Below, in pieces: positions 12,628-26,735 of a stretch of 64,000 bases of DNA (position 1 is its first letter; every line of letters starts with the position of its first letter). The translations under genes and the position numbers were made by a program. Under the pieces are notes generated by a model, which was not told the origin of the DNA, did no database searches, and saw nothing but the letters and a program-made list of their open reading frames with translations. Source of the stretch: Sphyrna mokarran (Eukaryota); the NCBI GenBank assembly GCA_024679065.1, contig JAGIQG010000009.1:41726001-41790000 (forward strand), written 5' to 3'.

Positions 12628-13585
12628 AGAAATAGAAATAGAAATAGAAGCACCAGTATTCATTTGGTCCCTGGAACCTCCATCAATCAGATAACGGCTG
12701 ACAGATTGTGACATGAACTCAATTTTACTGCCTGCCCTTCAAACTGTCATCTCCCTCACAATCCAAAACTTTATCCAATTCAGTCTTAAATATACTCAGT
12801 AATAATATGCCCAGCCTCCATTGTTCTCTGGGGTAGAGAATTACAAAGATTTATTCTTTGGGAAAAGATTTTCCTCACTCCCTTCACCTTAAAAGGGAGA
12901 CCTGCAAATAGAAAATACTGCAAATAGAATTTGCAGTATTCTATTTAATACTGCAAATAGAATGCAGTATTTTGAAACTGCATTCTAGTTCTAGATTCCT
13001 CCACCAGGGAATCTTCTCAGCTTCTAACCATTCAAACCCCTTCAGTATCTTACATGTTTCAATAAGATCACCTCTCATCCTGTGAACCCAAATGAACGTG
13101 CCCCAATGTTTTCTCAGAACACAATTCCTTCATCCCAGAATCAACACATTTAACCTTTTCTGTACTGCCTCCAATGTAACACAGCTCTTCTTAAATGAGG
13201 AGCCCAAACTATATGCAGTACTCTAAATGCGATCTCACCAAGATCCTGTACAGTTTGGCTTCCCTACATTTAAACTCCATACTTGCTTTCCTAATTACTT
13301 GCTATGCCTGCATGCTAATGTTTTGTGATTTATCTACAAGGACATCCAGATCCCTCCGTAATGCAATATTCTGTTGTCTCTCTCCATTTAAATATTTCAC
13401 TTTTCTATTCTCACTACAAACTGTTCCGCACCCCAATAGCCAACTACATTTGTTTCCACATCATTCTCCATGTGTCAACCTTTTGCCCACTAATTTAACC
13501 TATGTATATCCCTTTGCAGGCTCTTTGTATTCCCCTGAGTATTTGTCTTCCTATTTATTTTTGTATTGTCAGGAAATTTAGCCAG
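12628..13585 (-). mobile_element. Degraded CR1 LINE 3' part
   Basis: (gaaata)n tail. The reverse complement shows an RPHLEYC-like segment (~13200-13240). Confidence 0.75.
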
Positions 13586-13893
13586 AAGAAAAATGCACTG
13601 GGTTTGATTTATTTGGGGAGGTTGTTACATTTGATATGAATTTATATAATTAACTAGACATCAATCAAGAATGATTCTTCTGAAACACTGCTCCCACCAA
13701 GCACCACCCATCCCATCTCCCAAACCCCTGCATGCTCGAATAAGTTAATTCTGTTACTTCTAGTGAGTGGCATTCACCACTGCTTTGTCCAAGGTGAAGT
13801 TCCTTATGGAAAAGTTCAGATATATTTAAAATTCATGCAAGCAAATAGACATATTATTAAAGTAATTTAAAATGCAAATATAGAAGAACTTAC

Positions 13894-14013
13894 ATGAGGT
13901 ACTGGTAGATTTGAGGAATAATCTAAATCAAATATTTCTGAATCATCCCTTTTATCCTCTGTGGTAGCAGTTACACTAGTGAAATCTGAATTGTCATTTT
14001 CATTTGCTTCGGT
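13894..14013 (-). CDS. PATJ: PATJ coding exon, acidic linker (TEANENDNSDF...SSNLPVPH)
   Basis: 120 nt, ttctcag| and |gtaagt, phase 0-0, inside ORF 13867..14097. Weak similarity to the human linker (EDK...D..SS). Confidence 0.8.
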
Positions 14014-15184
14014 CTGAGAAGAAAATAATTGATTATAAATTAAGTGAGAGTCTTTCCTGCTTTCACTCCAACTTACACATGTTGATAAATAAAGCAAAAC
14101 AATCTAATCAAGCAATATTTATAATGAGATATGCATTTCCTCACAAAGACCAACATTGTCACTTTGCTGGGGTCAACATCCAAGCATCTCAGAAAGGTCC
14201 ATGATTTTCGTACACGTTCTGATGAATGTGATTATTAGATAATCTTTATAAATTAATGACATGCTTAGATTATGCCTAAATTCAGGTGTCATAAGAAGTT
14301 CAAACCTCATTATGATTGATTTCAACACTTCATTAAAACAGATGAAAGTAATTGCAGAAGTGAAATCATGTGACTGGTAATGGGGGGAGTATGTGAGACA
14401 TTCCAATCAGATTATGAATCTCAATTGACTTTATTTTTTAAAAAAGGATTTTCTAACGACTTAGTGAATAAATGCACAGCCTGGCAGTGAATTGAGGCAT
14501 ACACAACTGCAAAGGTTGTATTTGAATCTCTATTTTGTACACAGTTAGTTGATTTTTATCAAAGGATAAGGAGCATTATCCTCATTCTCAACCAATAAAA
14601 AGCAAAACATTTCTTGCCAGATTCTTGCTTCTGATTGCTACGCTGTGACTTCTATTGAAGTGTATACGCACAGACAGATTTAGTTTGCAATTGTATCCTC
14701 TATCTTTATTTAACCAATGTTAAATAAAGGGATTGAGCAAGATACAACAGAGTAAGACAGAATAATGTCAAGGTATTAGAACATGTAAGATATTACGTGT
14801 GCATATTCTTTGAAAGAGCTAAACAATCAGTTCCAATTTCCAGCTCTTTTCCCACATCATCATCTGCATTTTTCCCTTTCAAATACATATTCAATACCCT
14901 GTCGAATTTTACTAAATCTGCTTCTACCATTTTTTCTCTCAGTACATTCCTACTCTTAATAATTTGCTATGCAAAAAAAATTACCTTAAATTAGTGTCCT
15001 TGAGTTACCCACCCTCTTACCAATGAAAGTAGCATCTCACTATCTACTCTTATCAAAACCCCTTGGAACACCTCAATAAATCTTCCCTTAACATAATAAT
15101 AAATCAGCTTGAAAGATAAAAATGATATTTTTTCCAAATATTGCACATATTGAAGTCTTTATCCTTGCTACAAGAATACAATGC

Positions 15185-15700
15185 TGTTAGGGTTGGACTT
15201 CAAGGGTTTTGACCCAGTGGCAATGGAGGAACTGCAATATATTTCTAAGTTAGGATGGTGAGTGACTGAGAGGGAAACCACCAAGTGGTGGTGTTCCTGG
15301 GTGTCTGCTGTCCTTGTCCTTTAACATAGTTGTGGTCATGGTTGGAGCGTGCTATCTGCCTTGGTGAGTTCCTGTGGTGTACCTTGAAAATGGTACATAC
15401 TGTTGTCCCTGTGCTTCAATGGTGGAGGGAGTGAATATTTGTGGATAGGATGCTAATCACGTGGGCTGCTAACTCCAAATAGTATCGAGCTCCTTCAGTG
15501 TTGTTTGAACAGCACTCATCCAGGCAAAGGGAGAATATTCCATCACACTCTTCACTTGCGCATTGTATATTGTTGACAGGCTTTAGAGATTAGGACTGAG
15601 TTACTCACTGCAGGATTCTTAGCTTCTGACCTGCTCTTGTAGCCACAGTATTTATAAGACCAGTCTAGTTCACTTTCTGGTCAATGGTAATCCCAGAATA
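15185..15700 (-). mobile_element. CR1-clade LINE 3' fragment, same family as 60352-62680
   Basis: Minus strand reads approximately 'Y.AQVKSVMEYSPFAWMSA'. Similar to ~60440-60850. Confidence 0.7.
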
Positions 15701-15949
15701 TGAACTCCAACGTTTCTCAGTTTCTGCAGCCCATGTATAAACAGAATATATTGACATCTATTCTTCCTCAAAAGCCCCTTTCTAAAATGTTGTACTATAG
15801 CTGTATAATTAACCACATATCTAAGCAAATACTAAATGTGAATGGCTTTATAACCAGTTTCTCTTGATTCTGGAACTGCAAGCCACAAGACAATATCAGC
15901 CAGTATTAAACACAATTCAATAATAGTCAATATCCCTGTTGTTTAGCAA

Positions 15950-17950
15950 ATCCATATTATTATTCTTCATATTGTCCAAACTGTCGTACATTGCAAGATC
16001 TGAGCATTTTGTCATTTTGTCTTCTCTGTTGCAAAGTTGTAAATAAAGTTAGTTCAATAATGTCTGCCTCCAGTTGAGGCCGTAGTCATCTTACTCAGTG
16101 CAACACACAACCAAAAGATGACAAGAAGACTGGGTTAGAATTTTCTTTACATTTAATTTGAGAAATTAAGGGCAAAAGAAAATTGTGACATATTTTGGAA
16201 CCCCTAACATCGAAGAAGTTAGAACAATTTGAAAGACTGCTTTGCACACACATCGTCAGTCAGCATTGCAATTGATTGCAAAATTGGCACAGATGGCATA
16301 TTTGGGGACAATGGGGAAATTCAACCCTAACTTGGAAGACTGGTGTAATTACATATTTGGCTGAAAGGGAATAAAATTGTACATGAGGAAGAAGTGAATA
16401 TTTTCCTTATCTTCAGGGGCCAGAGACTTTTGAGTAGGTATCTAGCTGGCTGATGTTGTTTTAGGGCTTGCAATTCCAGAATCATGGGAAACTTGTTATG
16501 AAGTCTTTCACATTTAGTATTTGCACAGACATATCATTAGTCATACAGCTCTAATACAACATTTTGGAATGCAGCTTTTGAGAAAAAATAGGTGGCAATA
16601 TAATCTATATATGTCTGTGAGACCCCAGAGCTGTGGATTATTCTGAAATTACTGAGATTCTGAACTCATTCTGGCACAACCAAGAATGAAATTACACTGA
16701 GCATATGTTACATCAAAGGAAATAGGTGCTGAGTGACACAGTTATAGATTACATTTTCAAATTAAATTCTCTTATCACTCAGTATGGCACAAACTTAGAA
16801 ATAAATTGTTGAGACAGGTTTACTGGAGACCTAAAGAACAATAAAATCCAGGCCAAGCTTCTGAGCAGAGGCAATGAGCAGATGTCGAAGGATGGCTGTA
16901 ATACGGCCAGAACTATAAAAACGTGATGGCTACAAATTGCAAGGGAGTCCATTTTCTGATTCAGCAGAAGAGGTCCACCAGATTTTAGTAGGATTCAGCC
17001 AAGTTCAGTTTCAGAGACAGAAATTTAGATGTTGCCATTGCCATGATAACCACCAACTAATTAAGTGCCTAAATTTCAAGTCAAAATGGAAATGTCTGTC
17101 ATGCCTAGATGGCATGAAGGTTTAGAGAAACAATCACATCCCAGATCATGGTCAGGCATCAGATTAAGGGCATGACAGATTTAAACCTAGTTTGGGCGTC
17201 TGTAAACCCTCAAATGTATATATGATAGATAATGGAAACAGAAGTAAATGTTATCAAGCAAGAAGGTCAAAAGTTGTATTTTGTCAGACAGCAAGAAAAA
17301 CAGAACACGAGAGATGAGAATCATAAATCGAACACATAATTCTAATGCCTAAAGCAGAAATGAAAGTCAGAGATTCATAATTGTTGGTAGAGTTGTAATA
17401 TGGTGTTATTTCAGAAAGAGTGTACAAAAAATCTCAAACCACTTTCCTTAATGCAAAACTGATGTGAAATTGATTAATTACTCCAATAATAGTGTTCCAG
17501 CGCTCAGTCAAGTTAATGTGAGGGTGGAATTTGATGATATATCCTAATAGTTGCCATCGGTAGGAGTAGGAGAGAACAAAATCTGATAGTAAGGGAAAGC
17601 ACAATGTGATCTTTGAACAGGGAGAACCAAATGACAAATTAGCCATATGTTCTTTCAAGAATTCCAGTTATGATGGATTCATTTCTAGCCATTGACCTAC
17701 TTAATTACTTCAAATACAGAAATGTCATACCTGAGTATGCCAGACAAATTAGTGAAGAAACTCACAAGGATGTGGTACTCAATAAAATGCTCACTTTATG
17801 TCATGAATGTGAGGTGATTAAAAATCGCATGAGGATTTCGGTCACAGAAATGAACTGAGGGTAGGATCAAGCTGTGTCTTATGTGATGAATAACTATTTC
17901 ACTAAGATTTGGAGAGCGAAATTGTTAGAGGAATTTCATCAAGAGTTAAA
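15950..17950 (+). mobile_element. Highly degraded Gypsy LTR element remnant
   Basis: Gag-start-like 'MAYLGTMG.F.P..EDW..Y' at ~16292. Gag-like 'RDRF...KIQAKLL' at ~16810-16865. Pre-integrase-like text at 17670-17950. Confidence 0.55.
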
Positions 17951-18682
17951 TTGTCTCTTAGTGTCAGGGGACTTGCAAGTTAAATGCATGGCTCTTACAG
18001 GGATCAGGCCTGGGTGGATTTGCATGAGTTCAGATTTGTTGGGCCGAATGGCCTCCTTCTGCACTGTAGGAATTCTATGACTTTATACTGCTTTCATTAA
18101 AAATACAAGGCCATTTCAAATTTGATGAAAGTAGCTGCAGAAAACTTCCCATGACAAACAGATTCTTCCACTAAAACTATGCAAATATGATCACATTTCA
18201 GCTAACAGCAAATAAAGTCATAATTTCAAAAATTTCATGCACCTTAGAAAAATAATTTGCTAATGTTCTAACTTTTATGCTGAAATATAAAACATTTGGG
18301 CTTTTCAGAAATGGGAGAGCCATAAAATTTAATCTTTTAGTTTTTATTGCATTTTATAAATGTTGAAGGTACTCAGATGAAATTGTAATCATTACCTATT
18401 TTGCCACTGAAAGGATTAACTTGTCAGTTCAGATTAAATGGTAAATGAACATATTTCAAATGAAGCACTTTATTAAAATACTGTGGTCTCTTATGCAGAA
18501 AAAAGCCAAAATGGTTACTTCAGTTATATTTCAAATGCACTCAACTTTGGAAAATCTATAGGTATCCTTGGTAACAAAATAAATTCCAAGTTTTTGCACA
18601 AGCATTTTCATAGAAGTAGAAATTCTTTTATAACCATGAAGTAATCAAGTTTTTGTATTTCGTGAACATTTTTGGTGCTTAC

Positions 18683-18892
18683 CACCATTGGTTTGCAGAT
18701 GCCAAGGCGGACTTTGCCAGTCGGAGCGTCTTTCAGAGCCTGAACAGCTTCCCCCAAAGCAGTATTCTCTAGATTGTGGTCATTGACAAAGACGAGCCGA
18801 TCCCCGGGTAGCACCCTGCCATCACATTCAGCAACCCCACCAACCACCAAAGAGCGGATAACAATAACAGTACGTGCGGGATCTAAAGGATC
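18683..18892 (-). CDS. PATJ: PATJ coding exon, rest of PDZ5 ([37 protein letters not shown]...LGICKPMV)
   Basis: 210 nt, ctgcag| and |gtaagc. Overlaps ORF 18608..18850. Matches human '[16 protein letters not shown]...LPGDRLVSVN...LGICKPLV'. Preceded by a ~28.1-kb intron. Confidence 0.95.
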
Positions 18893-19669
18893 CTGCAGAG
18901 GGAGCCAAAGACCATAAGAAGTAAGTTAGATTAAAAAGAGATTTAAAGCAAGCTCAGACAAAAGGTACACAGCACACATAAAAAGCACCCACAGCTAAAA
19001 GAATATATTAATTCCACATGCTTTCGTTGTAATGCACTTTACCAAGGCATGGTTCAACAAATATTCCTTGGAAAATGTATACTTTCCAGATCATGTATTT
19101 TGCATAAGCATGCCAGGCTAACAAAGCCATTGTTAAGTTCAGCACTTCTTGCGAAAAAGGAGAACCAAATGTTTAACAATATTAATAACATCAAACAACA
19201 TCTATCAGTCAAGGAAAAATGCCAAAAAGGAAATTCAAGCAAGCATAAGGTTCAGTGTGTCACTGCACCAGCAAAGTGTCACTGCATTATAATATGTAAT
19301 TCAACATGCAATTAGCTCCTAATCATAGTAACATTATTAAAGAACTACACTCTCTCAGGAAAGAAAGGGGTTACTGAAGGGGCAGTCCTCAATTCGAATC
19401 ACCTATGCCTCACTGCGCTAGGGACCCAGGTTGAATTCCCATCTTGGGTCACGGCAGAGACACATGTAATAAAGTTATTAAACAAAAGCTGCAGTAACTA
19501 TTACAAGTTACAAGGCAACAGTCATTCGTAAAAAGAGATTGTGTCAGGGACGCCAAGCAGCTCCTGGTGAAAAAATGGTTCAAACAGTTTTTCCTGATTT
19601 CACAATGGAAAAGGTATATATTATTGTATAATAACAACAGCAATCAATGAATAAAAGGCCAGTTACCAT

Positions 19670-19942
19670 ATAAAGTTTATTTATTAGTCACAAGTAAGGC
19701 TTACATTAACATTACAATGAGGTTACTGTGAAATTCCCTTCGTCGCCACACTCCAGCGCCTATTCAGGTTAATGCACCTTATCAACACGTCTTTCAGGCT
19801 GGGGGAAGAAACCGGAGCATTCAGCGGAAACTCATGCAGACACAGGAAGAACGTGCAAACTCCATACAGACAATAACCCAAGCCAGGAATCGAACTCGGG
19901 AGCCTGGAGTTGTGACACAGCAGTGCTAATCACTGTGCCACA
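19670..19942 (-). mobile_element. V-SINE (HE1-like)
   Basis: Reverse complement begins ggcacagtgattagcactg with a B box (gagttcgattcc) and has the same tail as 170-452. Confidence 0.85.
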
Positions 19943-22072
19943 TGTATTTGAGCTGGCAAATGTTAAGTTCCGTTTTGCCCCAGTCAAAAGCAATGTAGGC
20001 TCACAGTATGCTAAGCATAGCCTACGCTGTACTACATAGTACAGTGTGTTTGAAACTTCAAACTAACAGAATATTGTACTCTCTGCTACCATATTTCAGG
20101 AAACAAAAAGCATCAAAAATAACCAACAAGGAAAAAAGTATCCATGCAATATAACATTAATATATTTGACTTGTTCTTATAGGTGAAGATCACAGTTTCT
20201 CACATTGGGAGAAGAAGGAATGGTATTCTGAGAAATTGGATTTTGGAACTTCCAGTAGCTCTATATAAAACATGTAAATGTTAATTATGCAAATATTAAT
20301 CATTAATATCACAAAGCCTTTGTGAATTACATATTATTCCATTTGCTGTACTTCTATGAAATCTTCTAAAACCAAATGTTTTTAAATGTTCTTAATACTA
20401 TTCTGTTTATGCAGATTAATATGTTGGTAAAAATAACAGTATAAATTTATAACATATAATTAATGTTCGCAAATTAACATGCTCTCTTTATGTTATTGGT
20501 TGACTTTCTGGCATGCTTATGGAAAAACAACTAACCCAATACTGTTTCTGCATTATAAAGAAGTTTTCCATCGCGACAATTGTGCACTAATAATATACGA
20601 ATCCATATGAGTCACAACAGAATCAGGTCTGAAGATATCCTGCTACACAGCAAAATGATATGAACACATTCCTTCAATTTATTCAAAATAACACGCACAG
20701 TCTACAAGACTGAACTACTCATGCACTGGAATCAGCTCTTATTGGCATTAACATGTACGAGAAGTTAAGAAATTTACAATTTAGTTAAGTAATCTAGAAA
20801 AATATTTTTCAGACTTCTTACAGTGAAAAAGCTGATAAGATTCCTGGAATGAAAATTTTCTGAATTTTCTTATAATTTATTCTGCAATTGGACCTATTGA
20901 CTGGGGACATACTGGGCTAAAGCAACTTTTGTATTTAAGCAATTTATCAGGCTTTAACTCTAAATTAATACTTTTTCAAATAAGAATTTGTAAAACTCCT
21001 GCGCATTCTGCCATAAAAATAAGGAAAACAATAGTCAAATCTCTGTGATGTGAGCTGTTAAAATTTTAGCTATGCGTATATCTGTTCCATCCACACATAT
21101 ATCAAAATTGTATCACAGAATATGAATACTTGTAAAAAGTCTCCAATTCTCCCAAATGTCATTACTCTTAATTGTGAATTTGGTAACTTATAGCTAGAGT
21201 GGAAGACAGTGAATTTAAAATATAGTAAAGGTTGTCACGCACTTAGAAAGGCAATTTGGTTATTGTTTGTCCTTACCGAAACAAAATTATTCTTTAAATA
21301 ATGGTCTCCTGAGAAAGCAGAAACTTATTAGATGAGAATGGGAATATAACAATAGGCTATTTAGCCCTGCAAGCCAGTAATCAATGAGATCATGGCTGAT
21401 TCTGTGACAAAGCTCCACATATCCTTCACTAGCTTTACACCATTTAGAAAACATCCCATTGTATCCCTTCATGTCCAAAGTGGATGATGTCACAATTGTT
21501 TAATACTAAACTTCAGTTGACAGTTTTGCATACTCTATCCATATCTCTTTGTAATGTTATGCTTCCATCCACACTGCTTTACACATCATCTATCTTTGAG
21601 TAATTGGCTGTAACTTTCTGGCTGCTGGCTCAGATTTTGGGTGGGTACCTCAAATGTGCGCTATGGAACTACTCCCAAAAGTTCCCAGCTAAGGGAAAAG
21701 GTGGCAATTGCTAACTTCCTCCAGACAATTGCACTGCGCTGGGAACCATCAAAAGCACTTCTATCTTCAATGTAATTATTTTAAAGATCCAGACCAAATC
21801 TCTAGGGACTCTCCCCACCCCAAGCTATTCCCACACCCCACTCAACCTGACCAGACCCCCACCACATGACTGAACCCACCCCCAACGTCCAGCCCGAACC
21901 TCATCCTGTTGCATGTCCGAATCAAGAAACCCCAGATATCCGACTACTGACGCCTCCTCGATGACAACCCCAATTCCCCCCGACATCCAAACTCTCAGCC
22001 CTGATGTCCAACACTTCATCCTCCCACATTCCTTGCACTAACTTTGGATCTTTCCTGCTCTCTGACTGCTTA

Positions 22073-25000
22073 TTTTCTTTTTTTTTTAAACATTAAGATT
22101 TTCCATTTTATCCCAAAATCCACTGTAGCACAATCATTATCATATCACCTATGCATAAAGAAAAGGCTGACAAATATCTTAACAATTGGTTTCGATTATC
22201 AATTACAATTCATTGCAATCATAATCAGTGCCTCTCTTTGCATGGATAATGAAAAAATATTGCAAAGAGTGAGGATAGCAGGATAAAGCCATGAGTACAA
22301 TGGTGCACGTCCTTGCTCATACGGTAACAAAGATCGAGCTACATGGCATAACAGAGCTCCTGTGGGATTAAGTACAACTATTTGGAGTGTAAAAAGCACC
22401 CCAAAATCTCCAAACAATGAAAGGGTACTCAGAAAGAGAGGAACATCAAGATACAACTCCAAACCCAAGACATGGTGTTGACAGGAGCAAAGCTATACAG
22501 CCTCACAGAAAAAGTGCTGATAAAACAGAGCCCAGGTATCTAAGCTTATCCTCAGCCCCTCCCACCCCCACCTCCACATGCGATAACGGGACACGTTCCA
22601 CTGGAAGTATAGTCTCCACATCTTCGAAGTATCTATTTTCAAAATAGCTGCTATCCTTGCCTACACAGCTTAAGAAAGTAAGTGATATTGAGATGGATGA
22701 AAGAAAAGCCAAAAAGCTAAGGATTCTAATAACCGACTTAGGCTCACTACAAAATAAGTCTCACTTATCTTCAGCACACTAGGGGTGCTGCTCAAATCCC
22801 ACCATCAGTCGGAAAATTGAACCTGTTTCCCCACAAAGGAGATCCCACTAACCAGAAGAAGGAGAATCATCAAACTTGCATTCACAAGCTAGATATCTCA
22901 GGGAGATACAAATCATGTCATAAGGAGTCCCTGTAGGACTAAATATAACAAGTCAGAGCTATTATCAGCAGTCCACTTAGCCAGATAAGGAGAGGAAGTC
23001 TCAGAGAGAGAGGAACACTAAGATAAGACTATAGCATACAACATGGTTTGACAACGTATACTCTCATATGCAGAATATCAGGAATAGAACTACATAATCT
23101 GGGAGGAGAAGCACAGAACCCAAGTAACTGGGCTCACACTCAGGCCCTGCAAAGAAACAAGATACTATTCCCCCAGGGGAACAAAACCCCGAGAAGGAAT
23201 GTGGACCAGTTCTCGAAACAGAACGTCTCTGGGGAGGTCAACCTACTCCCTCGCCTAATATATCCTCCACAGGATCTGGGAATGGATAATCAGAGTTGCT
23301 ACTTCTCTAACTTACTCAGCCAAGGAAAGCAATTACACAATTAAAAGGAGGACAGGCCAGCATTACTCACACCACCTCTGGGCTTCAATAAAGCAAACTT
23401 CCCAATCTCCAGTCACAGCAGAGGTGCCATTCAGGATCAATAGATTTCCAACAGCCTCCTCCTCATTAAAGAAACCCTGGCAATAGTGGGTGGAGTTGTC
23501 CAGACATCCAGAGCAAGGATATCCCTGGAAGGACAAGAATCTTTTCGCCCAAAAGGATGATGTTGTCACCAAAGACTCTCAAAGCCAAGCTAATAAGTAA
23601 CCATTGTTGCAATCCACGCATCCAAGGAAAACAACCAAGGAAGGCTAACAACCAAGGACTCCCAACCATGTTTGGGCTTACACCAGTAAATATTTCCCCA
23701 AGCTCCTCAGAGGTGCTAACAAAAATAAAATCCAATCTCTTCCAGGATACATGATCTGTCTGCACCTTCACCTTTAACTCCAAAAATACAAAAGAAAATG
23801 CAAAATCATTAGGTCTAATAAAGGTTTTCCTCACCCACTATGAGAATTCATAAGGCCATACCCACCAACTCTACATCAAATCACTTGCTCAGTACCCTGT
23901 TGTGGTGCTACTCATATTATACATTAAAGTAAAATATATCATGTAATCTTCCATTATAATTGCCATACAAAAACAAAAAAAATTGATTAGTAAATTTTGC
24001 ACAACCCTAATGCCATACAACTATCCCAGCCAACTCCCCAGTAGAATGACGGAAACCCATTATCAGTCCACAAGCAAAGGAAATATCTGTGTATTACAAA
24101 CAATAGGCTGTAACAATTTAAATTTGACACAGGGCCAGAGCAGGGTGGACAGACCCACTTATCCACCCCATTTCCCCCGAACCATAAGGGAACACCAAGT
24201 TTGAATGCAAGTAAAACACTTAAAATCAAGATCTTCCTCACTCCATTGTCAGAGCACACCAGTGGATGAATTCCATTATAAATAAGTGGTTACCCCTGGG
24301 CTTTCAAAGAATAATAGGATTATATATGATACATGTCTTGGTATTCATATATCACAACAAACACCCTTGTCAGGATAAAAAGACAACATCGCAAAATCAG
24401 GATTATAATCACAAGGGAAGTAGTTCAGGCTTAATGATGAACTACAGGATACAGGCATTCACAAAGCTTGAAAAGCCCAAAGTTTTGATCGCATTGCTGA
24501 GCAACATCCAGGTATTCATCCGTAGTTTCACCAAGATCTCTAACACCTCCATTTTGTTATCACTCAGAAACCCCAGCAGAGCAAGCGGCCTTGGCCCCAG
24601 GTGAGGTCCCATCATGTTTGACTGCCTCAGCCCTTCTCGATAAACATTGAAATCAAGACAATGTATGACCAGCAATTGGTATCTATAAGCCACCCCAGGT
24701 CTTGAAGATCAAATGCTGTATGTCTCTTCTGAAAAGCCCAGCCTTCAAATCATGATTACAAAACCATGGCAACCAGTTCTTGAATTCAACAGGGAATTTA
24801 TCCTCAATTCCCTTTTGAGAGATCAGGTGACAGATACTTCTTCTCCAGCCCCATCTCCTCGATTTAACCAGAATGTCTATCTGACATACCATATAGCAGG
24901 ATTTTCAAGGGCTGAAAGTGAGCCTCCAGTGAAGAAACTGACTTTCTGACTTACAGGATTCTTTCCTCCACTTCAACCATTTTATTTCAAATAGTTTGCA

Positions 25001-25260
25001 GTTTATCAATGTGAGCAAAACTTATTTGTGCTAAGGAGCCACGACTATTATCCACAACTTTACTCACAATGTAGCCATCATCTTGATGTCAATAACATTG
25101 CCAGAGCACAAGCCCATTCACTAGCTAAACCTCACTGCAAACAAAGTCCCATCCCAGCAGTCTCTGACCATCTTGATCAAACATGGATTTTCTTAGCTCT
25201 CCTTCGCCCAAACTAACCAAGATCTTTCAGGAACATAGTATGGAGTCTACATGTCAGGAT
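22073..25260 (-). mobile_element. Degraded L1/Tx1-like LINE
   Basis: T-run at ~22073-22087 (poly-A tail on minus). Minus-strand RT remnants 'RQGC' (~24362-24372) and 'AFD' (~24707-24717). Clade is tentative. Confidence 0.5.
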
Positions 25261-25624
25261 TAGATCATTATGGGCTGTATATCAAGATAATTAAAAGGAA
25301 TAAAAGATGAATAGCACCAGATCATGTGAAAATGCAGCTATTCCCATACTTACATTAAACTCATCCGCTTTTACCCCACTTCTTTTAGACTTTGATGCTG
25401 GAACCAGGGATGTACTGTGCTGCCTGAATCTCACCCAGATTGAATCAGTAAGGTCAGGCGAGACAAGCACTTAAGAATTTTAGAGCAGATAAATGGGCAT
25501 GGAGTGGCAATAAAGTGCTAATTTTCACTCCAAGAAGGTTATGGCCCATTAACGCAACTCTGTTTCTTTCCATTCATGGCTGAACCAGCTCCATCACTTG
25601 CATTCAACACCATGGGCTTCAACT

Positions 25625-26735
25625 TTAGCAAGAGTCTCTGACAAGGTGCTTTAGCAAATGTTGCCTAGAAATCCATCAAATAACATTCAAAGACATTCCC
25701 CCGTCCATTGTTTTAGTTATCTCTTCAAACAATTCAATCATATTAATCAGGCATGATTAATCTTTCACAAATCAATGCTGGCACTCTCAGATCAGGTGGG
25801 AGCTCATAAGGCGTTCAGTCACCCTGTTGTTAATTATAAAGTCTAGCAATTTCTCGATAACAGCAAACAAATCTAGAATTCCCTGATTTTCCTCCATCAC
25901 CTTTCTTATATAATGGGATTACCAAGTGCAATTCCCCAATCTAAAGGAATTATTTCTATGTCAGGAGAACTTTGGGAAGTTCAAATATGACAGGACTTCT
26001 GCAGTGTTCACATCCATCTCTTTTCAAACCCTGGGATGGAAACCAATGGATATGGCACCACTTCGTCGTGTCATTAATTCCTCCATTACTGTTACTTGCT
26101 CATGTTAATTTTGTTGAGTTCATGATTCAATGATCGTTCTCAAGGGATGCCTGACATCTTGTTTTCAACTGCAAGTACTGACACAAAGTAATATTTTAGC
26201 ACATCCACCATTTCTTTATTTTCATTGAATTGTGATTTTGTCAAAATTCCCTCATCATCCTATGTTCCAAATTTCATTGGAAAAATTTTGTGCATGATGT
26301 TAATTGTTCCTTGTAAAGTTCATTTCAAATACTGCGTTTTTGTAGTTTATACAGTTCCTTTGATGCTTTTGAATTTTTCCCAGCTTCCAGAATTTGTGAC
26401 ATTTTCTCAATTTTTATTTATTTTTTCTTTTATTTTGATGTTGTCTCTTACCTAAGTATCCATGCGGGTGATATTTTTTAGCAAGAACTCTTGCCCATTA
26501 GGGATATAAATTGGTTCTGCAATACACTTTTTGCATATCTTCCACTATTAATCTGTTGTTTAATCCATTAATATAGTTGTCTGTTGGTTTGACCCAACTG
26601 AAATCACCCTTACCTAAATCTAGAGTTTCAGATGCTGTTTCATGTTTCTCCTTTTCAAATACTATCCTGAATTTGATGACACAATTGCTATTTGATAAAT
26701 GTTGTAATTTGAAATATAAATGAGTGCTCACTAAA
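25625..26735 (-). mobile_element. Old CR1 LINE ORF2 internal fragment
   Basis: ORF 26498..26731 reads 'HLSNSNCVIKFRIV...LDLGKGDF', similar to the CR1 SDH..I.F / NF.KADF region. Further RT-upstream remnants at 25630-26050. Confidence 0.65.

Noticed and set aside
22417-25216. Cluster of short ORFs suggesting a viral insert or retrogene
   Set aside because: A poly-A tail and RQGC/AFD remnants fit a decayed L1/Tx1-like LINE better. A translated search is needed to close this.
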